Source: Candidatus Adlerbacteria bacterium (GTDB lineage: Bacteria > Patescibacteriota > Minisyncoccia > Phycocordibacterales > SBAW01). From it: 64,000 nt of DNA. The stretch is taken from assembly GCA_963796795.1 (NCBI GenBank), contig CAWCNA010000013.1:11571-75570 (forward strand), written 5' to 3'. The translations under genes were made by a program, and so were the position numbers. Position 1 is the stretch's first letter, and the number at the start of each line of letters is the position of its first letter. Shown here piece after piece: positions 1 through 10,500 of the stretch. The notes under the pieces are model-generated. The model was not told the origin of the DNA and did not search any database. It saw only the letters and a program-made list of their open reading frames with translations.

Positions 1-224
1 TCATGAAAAGAGCCCGAAAAGCGTGCACCGAGTGATACTACATACTCTTGCAATTGAATGCTGGCAAGCAACATTGCTTCCCAATCCTCAGGAGCTAAAA
101 ACTCCAATGGACGAGTAAAGTACAGAAAACCCTTAGCAGGATTGTTAAGTCTACGAAATAAAGATTCGTCCGTAGACATTCCATCGTCCCGTGCCGCGCG
201 GAACCGAGAGCAGAAATCTTCCAT
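1..224 (-). CDS. hypothetical protein, runs off the window's left edge
   Basis: Read manually: GGAGGA upstream of ATG at 224; open frame MEDFCSRFRAARDDGMSTDESLFRRLNNPAKG... to the edge. Confidence 0.5.
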   Translation of the reverse strand, partial: MEDFCSRFRAARDDGMSTDESLFRRLNNPAKGFLYFTRPLEFLAPEDWEAMLLASIQLQEYVVSLGARFSGSFH

Positions 225-300
225 GGAATTCCTCCGCTAGAATGTGGTGTTCTTTCTTGCGTATATATAACATATTTTCTTTGCGATATACTAAAGCCAT

Positions 301-1302
301 ATGGAATCTTCTATCGATTTTTTTGCTATTGGCGACATTGTTACCGAGCCGTTTATCCGGCTTAAAGAAGCCAACGTCCACTGCAAAATAGACAACGAGC
401 AGTGCGAGATTTGCATGCGATGGGGAGACAAAATCCCCTATGACTACTTTGTATTAGTTCCTGCTGTCGGCAACGCATCGAACGCGGCGGTTGCGGCGGC
501 ACGTTTGGGCTTAAGCTCTGCCTTGCGCGCGTACGTTGGCGAAGATAGATACGGCGAAGACTGCTTCGCGGTTTTGAAACAAGAAAAAGTTGATACGACG
601 TTTATGGTCAAAGACCCATCGCGCCCCTCCAACTATCACTATGTGTTGTGGTACGAAACTGAGCGTACTATTTTGGTAAAGCACGAGGAGTATGACTATC
701 GCCTGCCAGAAATCCCCACAGATACCAAATGGATATATCTTTCGTCACTTGCAGACAACTCGCTTCCCTACCATGTCGCAATCGGTGAATGGTTGGTAAA
801 AAATCCAAACACGAAACTCGCCTTCCAGCCCGGCACATTTCAAATGAAATTAGGTGTCGACGCACTGAAAGATATATACGCCCGCACTGAACTATTTGTC
901 TGTAACAAAGAAGAGGCTGAACGGATTTTGAAACTAGATCCAACTGAAGACATTAAATCTCTTCTAGAGAGTTTGCATGCGCTCGGTCCAAAAATAATCG
1001 TCATTACTAATGATAGAAAGGGTGCGTACGCGCGTGCCGAAGACGGCACCTATTGGTTTGTGCCGATGTATCCGGACACCAGGCCTCCGTTTGAAAGGAC
1101 CGGTGCGGGAGATGCGTTTGCATCAAGCGTTACTGCGGCACTGGCACTCGGCAAACCGCTCAATGAAGCACTTTTGTGGGGCCCAGTAAATGCTATGTGT
1201 GTTGTTCAAGAAGTTGGCGCGCAAAAAGGTTTGCTCACTCGCGAAAAATTGGAAGAGTATATCAAAAACGCACCCGCAGAATACGCGATTTCAAAACTCT
1301 AA
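301..1302 (+). CDS. PfkB-family carbohydrate kinase
   Basis: VGNASNAAVAAARLG N-terminal motif; ERTGAGDAF anion-hole motif. Confidence 0.9.
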   Translation: MESSIDFFAIGDIVTEPFIRLKEANVHCKIDNEQCEICMRWGDKIPYDYFVLVPAVGNASNAAVAAARLGLSSALRAYVGEDRYGEDCFAVLKQEKVDTTFMVKDPSRPSNYHYVLWYETERTILVKHEEYDYRLPEIPTDTKWIYLSSLADNSLPYHVAIGEWLVKNPNTKLAFQPGTFQMKLGVDALKDIYARTELFVCNKEEAERILKLDPTEDIKSLLESLHALGPKIIVITNDRKGAYARAEDGTYWFVPMYPDTRPPFERTGAGDAFASSVTAALALGKPLNEALLWGPVNAMCVVQEVGAQKGLLTREKLEEYIKNAPAEYAISKL

Positions 1303-1309
1303 CAAATTT

Positions 1310-1495
1310 CTAGTTGGCAGGGAGTACCGTTTCGCGCTCTATGGCCGAGGCCATGGCGTTCGCAACTGGATTTTCGTTAAATGCAACTTTCCACACTATC
1401 AAAAACGCACCCGAAGCAAAGCTCGCAACAAAAATTAAACTAATAACCGGGTTTATCCAGGCACTGAAGATGCTCGCGCTTCGGTTGCTTATCAT
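1310..1495 (-). CDS. small membrane protein
   Basis: 61 aa with a hydrophobic stretch; TATACT just upstream of the ATG. Confidence 0.55.
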   Translation of the reverse strand: MISNRSASIFSAWINPVISLIFVASFASGAFLIVWKVAFNENPVANAMASAIERETVLPAN

Positions 1496-1511
1496 ACGTT
1501 CAGTATACTGT

Positions 1512-2498
1512 TTAGAATTTACGAGCAAACACGTTCTTCACAGCCTCCACAATATCCTGCACGCCCAGCTTGTATTCGACAATCAGTTGAGCAGCTTCTC
1601 CCGACTGGCCAAAACGGTCATACACGCCAATAAATTCAATGGGTACCGGTGATGTGCGCGCTAATACTTCAGCAATAGCGCTCCCGAGCCCACCTGCGAT
1701 TTGATGCTCTTCCACTGTGACAACAGCACCTGCGTTTTTTGCAGCCGCCGTTATTGTTTTTTCATCAAGCGGTTTTATTGTATGTACGTTAATAACTGAA
1801 ACTGCGATTTCGCTCTCCAGTTGTTTGGCAGCAAGGAGCGCGTTGTGCAGAAGCGGCCCAGTCGCAAAAATTGCCACTTGCGGATTTTCTCCCAGCCACA
1901 ACAGTTCTGCTTTTCCAATGAGGAATGGCGACTCTTTTGTTGTAATAACCGGAGTTTTTTCGCGCGCGAGGCGTATGTACACCGGCCCATCATAGGCAGC
2001 CGCGGCAAGTGTTGCCTTACGCGCCTCCTCTTTATCGCACGGCGATATAACCGTCATATTCGGCTGCACACGCATCAACGCAATATCTTCCAAGGCCTGA
2101 TGCGTCGCACCATCGGGGCCGACTGAAAGCCCTGCATGTGAGCCAACAATTTTAACCGGTACATTATTTAAAGAAATGGTGGTGCGAATTTGTTCGTTAT
2201 TGCGGCCAGGGGAAAAGGTAGCATACGAAGCAATGAAAGGGATTTTGCCATAGTTGGCCAAGCCCGATGCGACCGTTGCCAAATTTTGTTCGGCAACACC
2301 AACCTCGATATATCGCTCTGGATATTTTTCGCGGAAGGCAAGCATGCGCGTCGACTCTGCCAAGTCGGCGCACACCGCAACAACACGCGGATCTTTCTCA
2401 CCTAACTCAAGCAAGGCATCGCCAAAACCATCACGTGTCATCGCAAGCTCGGGCTTTTCAAGGACAGTTGGGGAAATTTTTTGATTGGAGGAAAGCAT
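1512..2498 (-). CDS. transketolase C-terminal (pyrimidine-binding) subunit
   Basis: EVGVAEQN, GPDGATHQALED and VEEHQIAGGLG motifs; start placed at MLSSNQ to avoid overlapping the pilin. Confidence 0.92.
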   Translation of the reverse strand: MLSSNQKISPTVLEKPELAMTRDGFGDALLELGEKDPRVVAVCADLAESTRMLAFREKYPERYIEVGVAEQNLATVASGLANYGKIPFIASYATFSPGRNNEQIRTTISLNNVPVKIVGSHAGLSVGPDGATHQALEDIALMRVQPNMTVISPCDKEEARKATLAAAAYDGPVYIRLAREKTPVITTKESPFLIGKAELLWLGENPQVAIFATGPLLHNALLAAKQLESEIAVSVINVHTIKPLDEKTITAAAKNAGAVVTVEEHQIAGGLGSAIAEVLARTSPVPIEFIGVYDRFGQSGEAAQLIVEYKLGVQDIVEAVKNVFARKF

Positions 2499-2499
2499 A

Positions 2500-2997
2500 T
2501 TATTCGCTGCCGACCCAGTAATAGTTTGGGCCTCCAATAGGGCACGCCACTTGGTTGCTAAACGTGCCTGTGGGCGCGGGGTTTTCCAAGTTCACCGAAA
2601 TAATATAATTCTGGTTGTTGTTGTAGACGCAATAATGATAGACATGACAATTTGCTGTAGTGCCGCAGTTGCCGAGGTCTGTGTTCTGGGGGTCAATCGG
2701 CATTGATGGAATATATGCGGTTGGGATTAGTGTCGACCAACAGAGCGAACTGCTAAACACGTCGCCTGTGCCAACACTGCACGCAACATTAGGGTTCGGG
2801 TACGAACCATTTTGCGTATTGTAGAGCTCAAGTGCCTTCTGCATCTCTTGCAAATCGCCTTGGCGTTTGGCATCGCGGCTTTTAACACGTGCGCTTGCCA
2901 GTGATGTCAGCACGATAGACGCAAGCAGCCCCAAAATAGTAACAACGACCAATAATTCTATAAGTGTAAAGCCGCGAGATTTTTTTTGTACACTCAT
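2500..2997 (-). CDS. type IV pilin / GspG-like pseudopilin
   Basis: Class III signal RGFTLIELLVVV; ARVKSRDAKRQGD; PIDP motif; Cys-rich C-terminus. Confidence 0.9.
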   Translation of the reverse strand: MSVQKKSRGFTLIELLVVVTILGLLASIVLTSLASARVKSRDAKRQGDLQEMQKALELYNTQNGSYPNPNVACSVGTGDVFSSSLCWSTLIPTAYIPSMPIDPQNTDLGNCGTTANCHVYHYCVYNNNQNYIISVNLENPAPTGTFSNQVACPIGGPNYYWVGSE

Positions 2998-3449
2998 AGT
3001 AGTAGATACGCGGTAATACCCACAAAGACGAAAATAGAAGCAATCATAACTATATTTGCTTGCTTCTCATTTTTTACCAGCCCTGTGTGTATCAACAAGC
3101 CGATAATTCCCTTCGGCGCGGTGCGGCTGGTTGCTTCGTTATCCAAATACCGCGACGCGGATACAAACGGCCGTATTTCTGTGTTGCCTTCCACAATAGT
3201 CGGCGGTATAAGACCGCTGCCTTCCCTGCGCCGCTTTTCCATTTCGGCAAGGAACGCGGCATCTTGTGTCTGCGCGGCACTGGGTTCTTGCCCAGCAGGA
3301 ATGCTAACCCGTTCCCTCTCGACGTTTGAAAACGCCGCGGCAATGTCGCCAACTGCCCAGCCCTGCGCCATCAGCGCCTGTGTCAGTGTTTGTTTTGGAA
3401 ATTTGGAAGCATTTTCCCGTATATATGAAACAAGCTGCTCGTTTAGCAT
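2994..3449 (-). CDS. hypothetical protein with C-terminal TM helix
   Basis: N-terminal LVSYIR...LMAQGW helical motif, C-terminal hydrophobic anchor; co-oriented in the operon. Confidence 0.7.
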   Translation of the reverse strand: MLNEQLVSYIRENASKFPKQTLTQALMAQGWAVGDIAAAFSNVERERVSIPAGQEPSAAQTQDAAFLAEMEKRRREGSGLIPPTIVEGNTEIRPFVSASRYLDNEATSRTAPKGIIGLLIHTGLVKNEKQANIVMIASIFVFVGITAYLLL

Positions 3450-3468
3450 ATCTTTAGTATAGCTGACA

Positions 3469-4326
3469 CTATTCATGCTCGCTTTGTATGGCGCCCTTTA
3501 GTGTGCGCAGTTCTTTTAAAAATTTCTCTGCCTCTTCCTTAGTAGGCGGCTTGCCATGCCAGCGATAATCAAACTCTATTTCCTTTATTCCTTTGCCCGG
3601 GATTGTATGCGCAATAATCATCGTCGGCTTCTCATAAATGGCTTTTGCTTGGTCGGTGGCGTCAATGAATTCACGAATATTGTGTCCATCAACTTCTATC
3701 ACGTGCCAGTTAAATGCCTCGTATTTCGCACGCAAGTTTTCAAGCGGCATCACCTGTTCGGTCATCCCGTTTATCTGGATATTGTTTCGGTCGATTACTG
3801 CCGTGAGGTTGGAAAGTTTATTATTGCCCGCAAACATTGCGCCCTCCCATGTGTTGCCCGCGTTCTGCTCGCCGTTCGACATCGCGCAATACACACGGAA
3901 TTTCTTGGAGTCCATGCGCGCGCCGTATGCGTAGCCTGCCGCTTGCGAAAGGCCAGAACCGAGGGGGCCCGATGTGGTTTCGAGGCCGGGCAAACGCAGG
4001 CGCTCGGGGTGGCCTTGCAAACGCGAGCCAAATTTCCGCAATGTTAAGGATTCCTCAAGCGGAAAATATCCTGCGTGCGCCATGGCGGCATATCGCACCG
4101 GTACGATGTGACCGTTGGAAAGGATCAACCTATCGCGCTCTTCCCACTCTGGGTGCTTCGAATCGTGATTCAAAATATGAAAATAGAACGCCGAAAAAAT
4201 ATCGGCCATGCCGAGCGGCCCTGCCGTGTGCCCGCTGCCCGCTGCAACAAGCATCTCAATAATAGTTTCGCGAATTGCTTCGGCTTTTAACTCCAGTTCT
4301 TTTATTTTTTGCTCGCCAACAATCAT
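3469..4326 (-). CDS. transketolase N-terminal (TPP-binding) subunit
   Basis: SGHTAG, RDRLILSNGH, LQGHP, GPLGSGLS, TIPGKG, WHG motifs; GDGE motif reads SNGE here. Confidence 0.92.
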   Translation of the reverse strand: MIVGEQKIKELELKAEAIRETIIEMLVAAGSGHTAGPLGMADIFSAFYFHILNHDSKHPEWEERDRLILSNGHIVPVRYAAMAHAGYFPLEESLTLRKFGSRLQGHPERLRLPGLETTSGPLGSGLSQAAGYAYGARMDSKKFRVYCAMSNGEQNAGNTWEGAMFAGNNKLSNLTAVIDRNNIQINGMTEQVMPLENLRAKYEAFNWHVIEVDGHNIREFIDATDQAKAIYEKPTMIIAHTIPGKGIKEIEFDYRWHGKPPTKEEAEKFLKELRTLKGAIQSEHE

Positions 4327-4331
4327 AGAAA

Positions 4332-5018
4332 TTATTTTACCCGTTCACGAAGCTCATGGAGTGCCTCGTTCGGGTCATCTGCATTGAGGATAGCATGGCC
4401 AATAATTACTCTATTCACTCCTGCGTCTGCAATTTTTTTTATGGTGTCCATATCAACACCGCCATCCACTTGTATCACAAGTTCGGGATAAAGCGTGCGA
4501 AGTTTTTGTATCAATTCTAAACATCGCTCATCAAACGGCTGGCCTTGCACGCCGACGCGGCCAATGCCCATCACCTGCACAAAATCATATAGTCCCATAT
4601 ATGGGACTACGGCTTCGGGCGATGCGCCTGCCATTAACGCGATGCCGACTTCAACCGGCACCAACTCTGTTCCACGATACTGCTGCAAAAGATTAAGCGC
4701 AGCCAAGGCACCCTCGGCACGTGCGTGTATGACAATGCCCGACGCACCCGCCTTCACGTACTGCTCGACATGCGTTTCCGGATGCTCCGCCATCACATCA
4801 AATTGGAATTCAAATTCCTGCCAAAATGGAATGCCTTCGTCGCCGTTGGCAAACGCGTCAAACGAACCTGGCGCGTTGTACGGCCATGTTATGTTTTTTG
4901 CATATACGCCATCGACCATGTCGACCTGCACCGTGCCTCCTAAATCTTGGATATGCGAAAGCTGCACCTCCAAGTCAGTCACGCTTTTGGGAAGTATGGC
5001 CGGAATAATTTCTATCAT
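4332..5018 (-). CDS. rpe: ribulose-phosphate 3-epimerase (divergent)
   Basis: IIPAIL start, VDMVDG, VQVMG...GVQGQPF, IQVDGG motifs. Confidence 0.85.
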   Translation of the reverse strand: MIEIIPAILPKSVTDLEVQLSHIQDLGGTVQVDMVDGVYAKNITWPYNAPGSFDAFANGDEGIPFWQEFEFQFDVMAEHPETHVEQYVKAGASGIVIHARAEGALAALNLLQQYRGTELVPVEVGIALMAGASPEAVVPYMGLYDFVQVMGIGRVGVQGQPFDERCLELIQKLRTLYPELVIQVDGGVDMDTIKKIADAGVNRVIIGHAILNADDPNEALHELRERVK

Positions 5019-5456
5019 GCGTCTAGTTTTTTTATGCGGCGTACGTGACGTTCTTCATTACTGAACGGTGTGCTCAAAAAAAGTTCTACCGCTTGTTTTG
5101 CTTCTTCCTCTGGAAATAAACCTCGCACCGAGTGAGAGAATATTTGCATTATTATGCTCCCGAGAGATTTTGATGATGTCCGTACTTCCTCCATAATATA
5201 CTGCTGCACGAACTCCTTTAATTCTATTCGCGGCCATTGCCTCACCCTGCCCCGAGCCTCCAATGGCGATACCGAAACTTCCCTTATCTGCGGCCACCTT
5301 TTCTGCCAAAGGAGTAATGGTGTCCGGATAGTCATCTCCTTCTATATATATAGAAGGGCCGAGATCATCTATTTCTCTACCCTGCGTACGCAATAGCGTG
5401 ACGAGCGCATTTTTAAGTTCGAGCCCAGCGTGGTCGGAAGCAATATAAACTTTCAT
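5015..5456 (-). CDS. rpiB: ribose-5-phosphate isomerase B (1-bp frameshift near 5112)
   Basis: ASDHAG, DDYPD, GGSGQG, SREHNNANILSLGAR; C-terminus ERHVRRI lies in another frame. Confidence 0.9.
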
Positions 5457-5509
5457 ATTCTCTATATTACAACACTATTTGATTAGGTTTGTGATAGAAT
5501 CGGGCGAAT

Positions 5510-5962
5510 ATGAGCATTATTCCCCATTTATATAAAAAGTATGTCCGAGGAACGGCCAAAAAAGCTATCGTGCAGTCGGTAACAGTCCTATTGTGTCATC
5601 TTACTGCAACCGTAATGAAAGGAGTAGGATCTTCTTGCCAGAAAATCTACATCAGTACGCGTGTGTTGAAACATATTTATGACAAACGACCTGCAGAAGA
5701 ATTTGATTTTTGTCTGGAGCACGTGATGAGCACAGTCCGCTACCCCAACCGCGTATATAAAAACAAAGGTGGCAAGCGAGGGGCCTATATTTTTGTAAAA
5801 GATGTACAGAATTCTCAATGTTTGGTATCTGTGGAAACAGTGACGGATGCAAATGGAAACGCCACACATTGTGAGGTGGCTACATTCTTCCGCCCCTCTG
5901 AAGGATACCTAAATAGTTACGAACTTTTGTGGGAGTGGAAGGATGGCACCCCTTCATCGTAA
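5510..5962 (+). CDS. hypothetical protein, possible BECR/PBECR-fold RNase
   Basis: 150 aa; KHIYDKR...YPNRVYKN...YIFVK...VATFF pattern resembles PBECR nucleases; divergent from rpiB. Confidence 0.55.
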   Translation: MSIIPHLYKKYVRGTAKKAIVQSVTVLLCHLTATVMKGVGSSCQKIYISTRVLKHIYDKRPAEEFDFCLEHVMSTVRYPNRVYKNKGGKRGAYIFVKDVQNSQCLVSVETVTDANGNATHCEVATFFRPSEGYLNSYELLWEWKDGTPSS

Positions 5963-6157
5963 TGCTTTCGATTCTGGTGTAACCCAGCCTAATTGCATCC
6001 CGCAGTAGAGCCTTTCTGCTTTTCACCCCCGCAAAAGACCGCAACCTATTCCGTTATAAATATACAGTGATGGTACTTTATTTTATGCAGGTTGTCCACA
6101 CTTCTCGATGACGTATATAATACTCTTTTCTTCCCAAAGAAAACGTGAATTTAACAT

Positions 6158-7216
6158 CTATATATGTGTTGCCAGGCGCTTCACGTGCTCGACAAGCGCA
6201 TGGGTGTACCCCATTTCGTTGTCGTACCAAGCTAGTACCTTTACCAAGTTGCCGTCAATGACGCGTGTGAGTGCCAAGTCAGCGATAGACGCATGAGTAC
6301 TCCCTAAAATATCCGAAGAGACGAGCGGCTCTTCTGTAACTGAAAATACCGGTTTCCAGCGTGGGTCGTCTGCTGCTTTTTTTAATATCGAATTTACTTC
6401 TTCAACTGTAGTAGTGCGTTTTGCAATAAATGTAACGTCAGCAATAGAGCCAGCAATAATTGGTACACGGAGCGAAATGCCGTCGAACTTCCCTGCCAAA
6501 GTGGGAATTGCTTTTGTAACCGCAATTGCGGCACCGGTCGATGACGGCACGATGTTGTGTGCGCCCGCGCGGCCGTCGCGAAAATCATCTTTGCCTTTTG
6601 CTTTTTTAACTGGGCCGTCTACTAAATTTTGTGATGCGGTGTAGCCATGTACCGTCGAGAGCACTGCTTTTTCAATACCAAGCGCTTCGTCCAAAATCTG
6701 TATCAGCGGGCTCGATGCATTTGTTGTGCATGATGCATTTGACGTGATAATGCTTGTTGCAAACTTGTCGTCATTGATGCCAACTAAAATAGTTGCACCA
6801 GCAAGGCCCTCGGGTGCTTCATCCTTAACAGGCGCCGTGATAACAACTCGCTTGGCGCCAGCGTCCAAGTGGACTTTTGCTTTTTCGTAGCTTGTAAAAA
6901 AACCTGTGCTTTCAACGACGATATCAATACCTAAATCTTTCCAAGGAAGTTTGCTCGGGTCAGCTTCTGCGTAGACAGGGATTTTTTTACCGCCGACAAT
7001 AATCGCTGCTTGCCCTGAGCCGGTCGTTGGGTCTCCTGCTTCTACCAAAAACGGCGCTTGGCCGTACACACTGTCATATTTCAAAAGATAGGCCAAATTT
7101 TCGGCATCGCCTAAATCATTTATTGCGACAACCTCAAAACCCTGCTCCTCATACGCCACCCGCATAAACGCGCGACCGATGCGCCCAAACCCATTAATTG
7201 CTATTTTTGTTGCCAT
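6158..7216 (-). CDS. gap: type I glyceraldehyde-3-phosphate dehydrogenase
   Basis: INGFGRIGR, SNASCTTN active site, AWYDNEMGY. Confidence 0.97.
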   Translation of the reverse strand: MATKIAINGFGRIGRAFMRVAYEEQGFEVVAINDLGDAENLAYLLKYDSVYGQAPFLVEAGDPTTGSGQAAIIVGGKKIPVYAEADPSKLPWKDLGIDIVVESTGFFTSYEKAKVHLDAGAKRVVITAPVKDEAPEGLAGATILVGINDDKFATSIITSNASCTTNASSPLIQILDEALGIEKAVLSTVHGYTASQNLVDGPVKKAKGKDDFRDGRAGAHNIVPSSTGAAIAVTKAIPTLAGKFDGISLRVPIIAGSIADVTFIAKRTTTVEEVNSILKKAADDPRWKPVFSVTEEPLVSSDILGSTHASIADLALTRVIDGNLVKVLAWYDNEMGYTHALVEHVKRLATHI

Positions 7217-7243
7217 ATATGCTGCAAATTATACCAGAGGAAT

Positions 7244-7301
7244 TCATATATCTTTATATATCTGGTTGCGTCTTGCTATCCTAAGAGAGAATAAATTTCA
7301 T
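7244..7301 (-). pseudogene. possible RelE-like toxin remnant
   Basis: ATG 4 bp after the antitoxin stop (MKFILS*); IARRNQIYKDI* in the adjacent frame resembles a RelE C-terminal strand. Confidence 0.3.
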
Positions 7302-7305
7302 TCTT

Positions 7306-7545
7306 CTACTTTAAACCTAATCTCTTGCGCACTTCTTCCAGTGGTACAACTTTCCCCTGTTTGATCTGCTCGCGCGATACGGCTATATCCTGAGCAAAGA
7401 AAAAATCTATCTCCATTTTATCGTTTACATATGCCTGAGTTGCGAGGTTAAGTACCGCGCTTAATGTCACACCTTGCTTGCGTGCTTTTTTCATGGCTGC
7501 ATCTTTAAGTTTTTTGTTTGTATTGAATATAACTTTTACGTTCAT
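7306..7545 (-). CDS. RelB/DinJ-like ribbon-helix-helix antitoxin
   Basis: LKDAAMKKARKQGVTLSAVLN RHH pattern; GKVVPLEEVRKRLG antitoxin-type tail. Confidence 0.75.
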   Translation of the reverse strand: MNVKVIFNTNKKLKDAAMKKARKQGVTLSAVLNLATQAYVNDKMEIDFFFAQDIAVSREQIKQGKVVPLEEVRKRLGLK

Positions 7546-7551
7546 ACATAC

Positions 7552-7579
7552 AGTATATACCGGGTATATACACGGTCAA
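7552..7579 (-). promoter_or_regulatory. sigma70 promoter overlapped by a palindromic operator
   Basis: Minus strand TTGACC-16 bp-TATACT; palindrome GTATATACC-G-GGTATATAC at 7553-7571. Confidence 0.65.
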
Positions 7580-7586
7580 GCAACTT

Positions 7587-10500
7587 TTACTGCCCAGTGC
7601 TTGTTGCCTCGCTGCTCGTTGCGTTCGGGTCCACCACAATCACTGTGCGGGTTGCAGTGCCTGTCTGGCCGTTTTGGTCGGTCGCCGAGAAGAGGATGAT
7701 GTGGGTGCCCGGCTCTGTGGTATTAACCTGCAGCTGTTCGGGCGATGTACTTGTTGCCCCGTCGAGGGAGACCGTGTATCCAATGTTTGGGCTTACCGTG
7801 CTGTTGACTGTCACGCCTGGGTCTATATATGTATCACCAACATTGAGCTGTGCTGGATCGGCACCTATCAATGTGATTGTTGGCGGTGTTGAAGATGCAT
7901 TTGAGCCGCTTCCAGAGGACTGTCCTCCGTTAGAGCCGTTTGGCGTAGATGTTGCCGTGCCATTCATCACCGCAGAGAGCTGGTCGCCTGTAACGCAGAC
8001 TTCAGTTCCGTTCGATTTCGACACGCAGAGTTTGTCGGTGTGCACTTCTTTTGCAAATACTTTGTCAAAGATACCAACACTTGCATATACAACTTTGCCA
8101 ATAACATCCACTACTCCATTTCCTACACTCTGCAGAACCGATTGCAGCCCAGTCTTCATTGCATCGCTTGCATCACTAAATGCGCCTGCCCATGCCGGAG
8201 GCGTACTTGTTGCAGTTGTTTGTGCGGATGTTGTAGCAGTTGTAAGTTCCGCAAAAGTTGTCGTGCCAAGTAAGCTGTATGCATTCTGATTTATATTTGA
8301 TGCCAAAATCTGCCCTGTGAGATTTAAATTTCCATCTTCATCGAGAGTTGCAATATTCCTGCCAAGTTGATTTTTAAATACCAAACTCTGAGGATTCCCT
8401 GCTCCTTCCGCAATTCTGAAATCGTTTGCAAACACGGCGTCACCAAAGAATTGGTTGGTTCCTGCCCCGCTTCCAGAGTTAAGAAGAATCGAAGTCCCTG
8501 AAATTGCCAGACCTAGCTTATACGTTCCTACTGTTGTTGTAGCTCCACCGTTCGGTGCCCAATAATATGTACTGCCCGCAGTAAGCCCCGAGTAACCGCT
8601 GACAACACCGTTTGATGCGACAGTCACTGTACCTCCAGCGCTCGAGGCATTGGTAGCTACACCAATTACAGTCGTGTCTTGAGTTTGAAGGAGATATGCA
8701 GCAGCGATAGAGCCTGATGGGCTATATCCTAAAATAAATAAGGAGGGAGAAACCGCCGAGAGACTATATTCTGTTCCAAGGCTTCCTGGGAACGTAGATG
8801 CAGTACCCGCCGTCAACACAGTACCTGACAAGACCGAGGTGACGACCGAGTTGGAAGAATTGGTGCTTGAATAAACCACTACATGGCTTGAGTCAGGCGA
8901 TGTTATTAAAATACTGCCGTTACCAGATGAAAGGAGCGCGGCGGTGCTCCCCGCCGTTATGGTTGTACCTGAAACAGAGGCCGCAATTTCACCGGTGACA
9001 CCATTTGTGCTATCGGAATATGCAACAACAATATGTGATGAATCAGGAGAAATTATTGAAATACCACCGGGGATAGATGGGTTTAGATTGGTCTGTGTGC
9101 CTGCCGTGATAGTCGTACCCGATACGCTCGAGACAGTTGCATCCAAGAATGTAGTGCTCGTGTTCTTATACGCCATTGCAAAGTGTGTGGAGTCGAGAGC
9201 TGTAGTTATAGGAATAGTTGCATTGGTTGTACTTATCGCTGCTGGAGTACCAGCACTAATGGTAGTCCCTGAGACAGAGGCTACCACCGCACTAACCTTA
9301 AGTGAGCTTGCATTTAGATACCCCACAACGAAATGTGTCGCGTCGAGAGCAGAAACTTTTACGGAAGATTGATTGGTGCTTACCGAGTTAAGCTGAGTCT
9401 CGCTGCCCGAACCAACGTACGTTGTGCCAGACACGTTCACTATCATTGCATTTAGGAAGCCAGTATTTGGATCCTCAAATGCAACAACAAAATGAGATGA
9501 GTCGAGTGTTGCTATAGAGAGGAAGCTCAGCGGAGTACCACTTGTACTAAATATCTGGTGGGTGGTTTGAACACTAATATTCGTACCCGAGACAGTACCA
9601 AGAGCAATGGTGATTTGGTCAGGACTGCCGTCGAAATAGGCAAACGCAAAATGTGTAGAATCCAACATGGTTGCAACGGACGAACCACTAGCCGTACTAC
9701 CGTTGATTGTTGTAGAAGCAAGTGCTGTAACCGTACCTCCAGAAACTGCGCCTGCCTCGGTGGCATTGCCGTTTGTATACGCAACTACATCACCAACATT
9801 TATATTCGCGCTGCCCGAATCCACGGTATAGTCTGACGTAAGATTTTTGAGCTTTGCTTTTAAGTTGCCGTTGGTGTCAATAGAAAGTATCTAGAGAAAG
9901 AGTGGTTGTTGTCGCCGACGACAGGGATTCAGTAATAATGACCGCACCATTACCTCCTGAAGTTGGAGTTGAAAGATCTTGCCTTCCGGAGCCGCCACCG
10001 CCGTAGATATTTCCGGTGGGTGATCCTACACTACCCCCACCGCCTCCTGCCGTTCCAGTACCTCCACCTGCCCCACCAGTACCTCCAGTTGCTCCCCCAG
10101 AACCAGTTCCACCCGTGCCTGTACCCGCGCCACCGCCACCGCCAGAAAAAGCTCCATTTCCAGCACCACCACCGCCGCCGCCGAGAACATTAACATCGCC
10201 ACCTGTTGCACCGCCGCCACCACCACCGCCGGTGCCACCGCCGCCGCCTGTTCCGCCACTTGCTCCACTCGTACCAGTAACGCTACCTGAGCCGCCACCA
10301 CCGGAGCCGCCACCGGAGCTAGAGCCACCAGACCCTCCATCGTTACCGCCGCCGCCGCCATATGTGCCTCCACTTCCCGCACTACCTCCTCCAGATACCC
10401 CTGCAGTTGTTCCACCGCCTCCACCGCCTCCACCGCCGATCCCGCTAGAGCCACCGCCACCGCCGCCCGCAACAACAGGAGTAGCTGCTACGAAAGCCGA

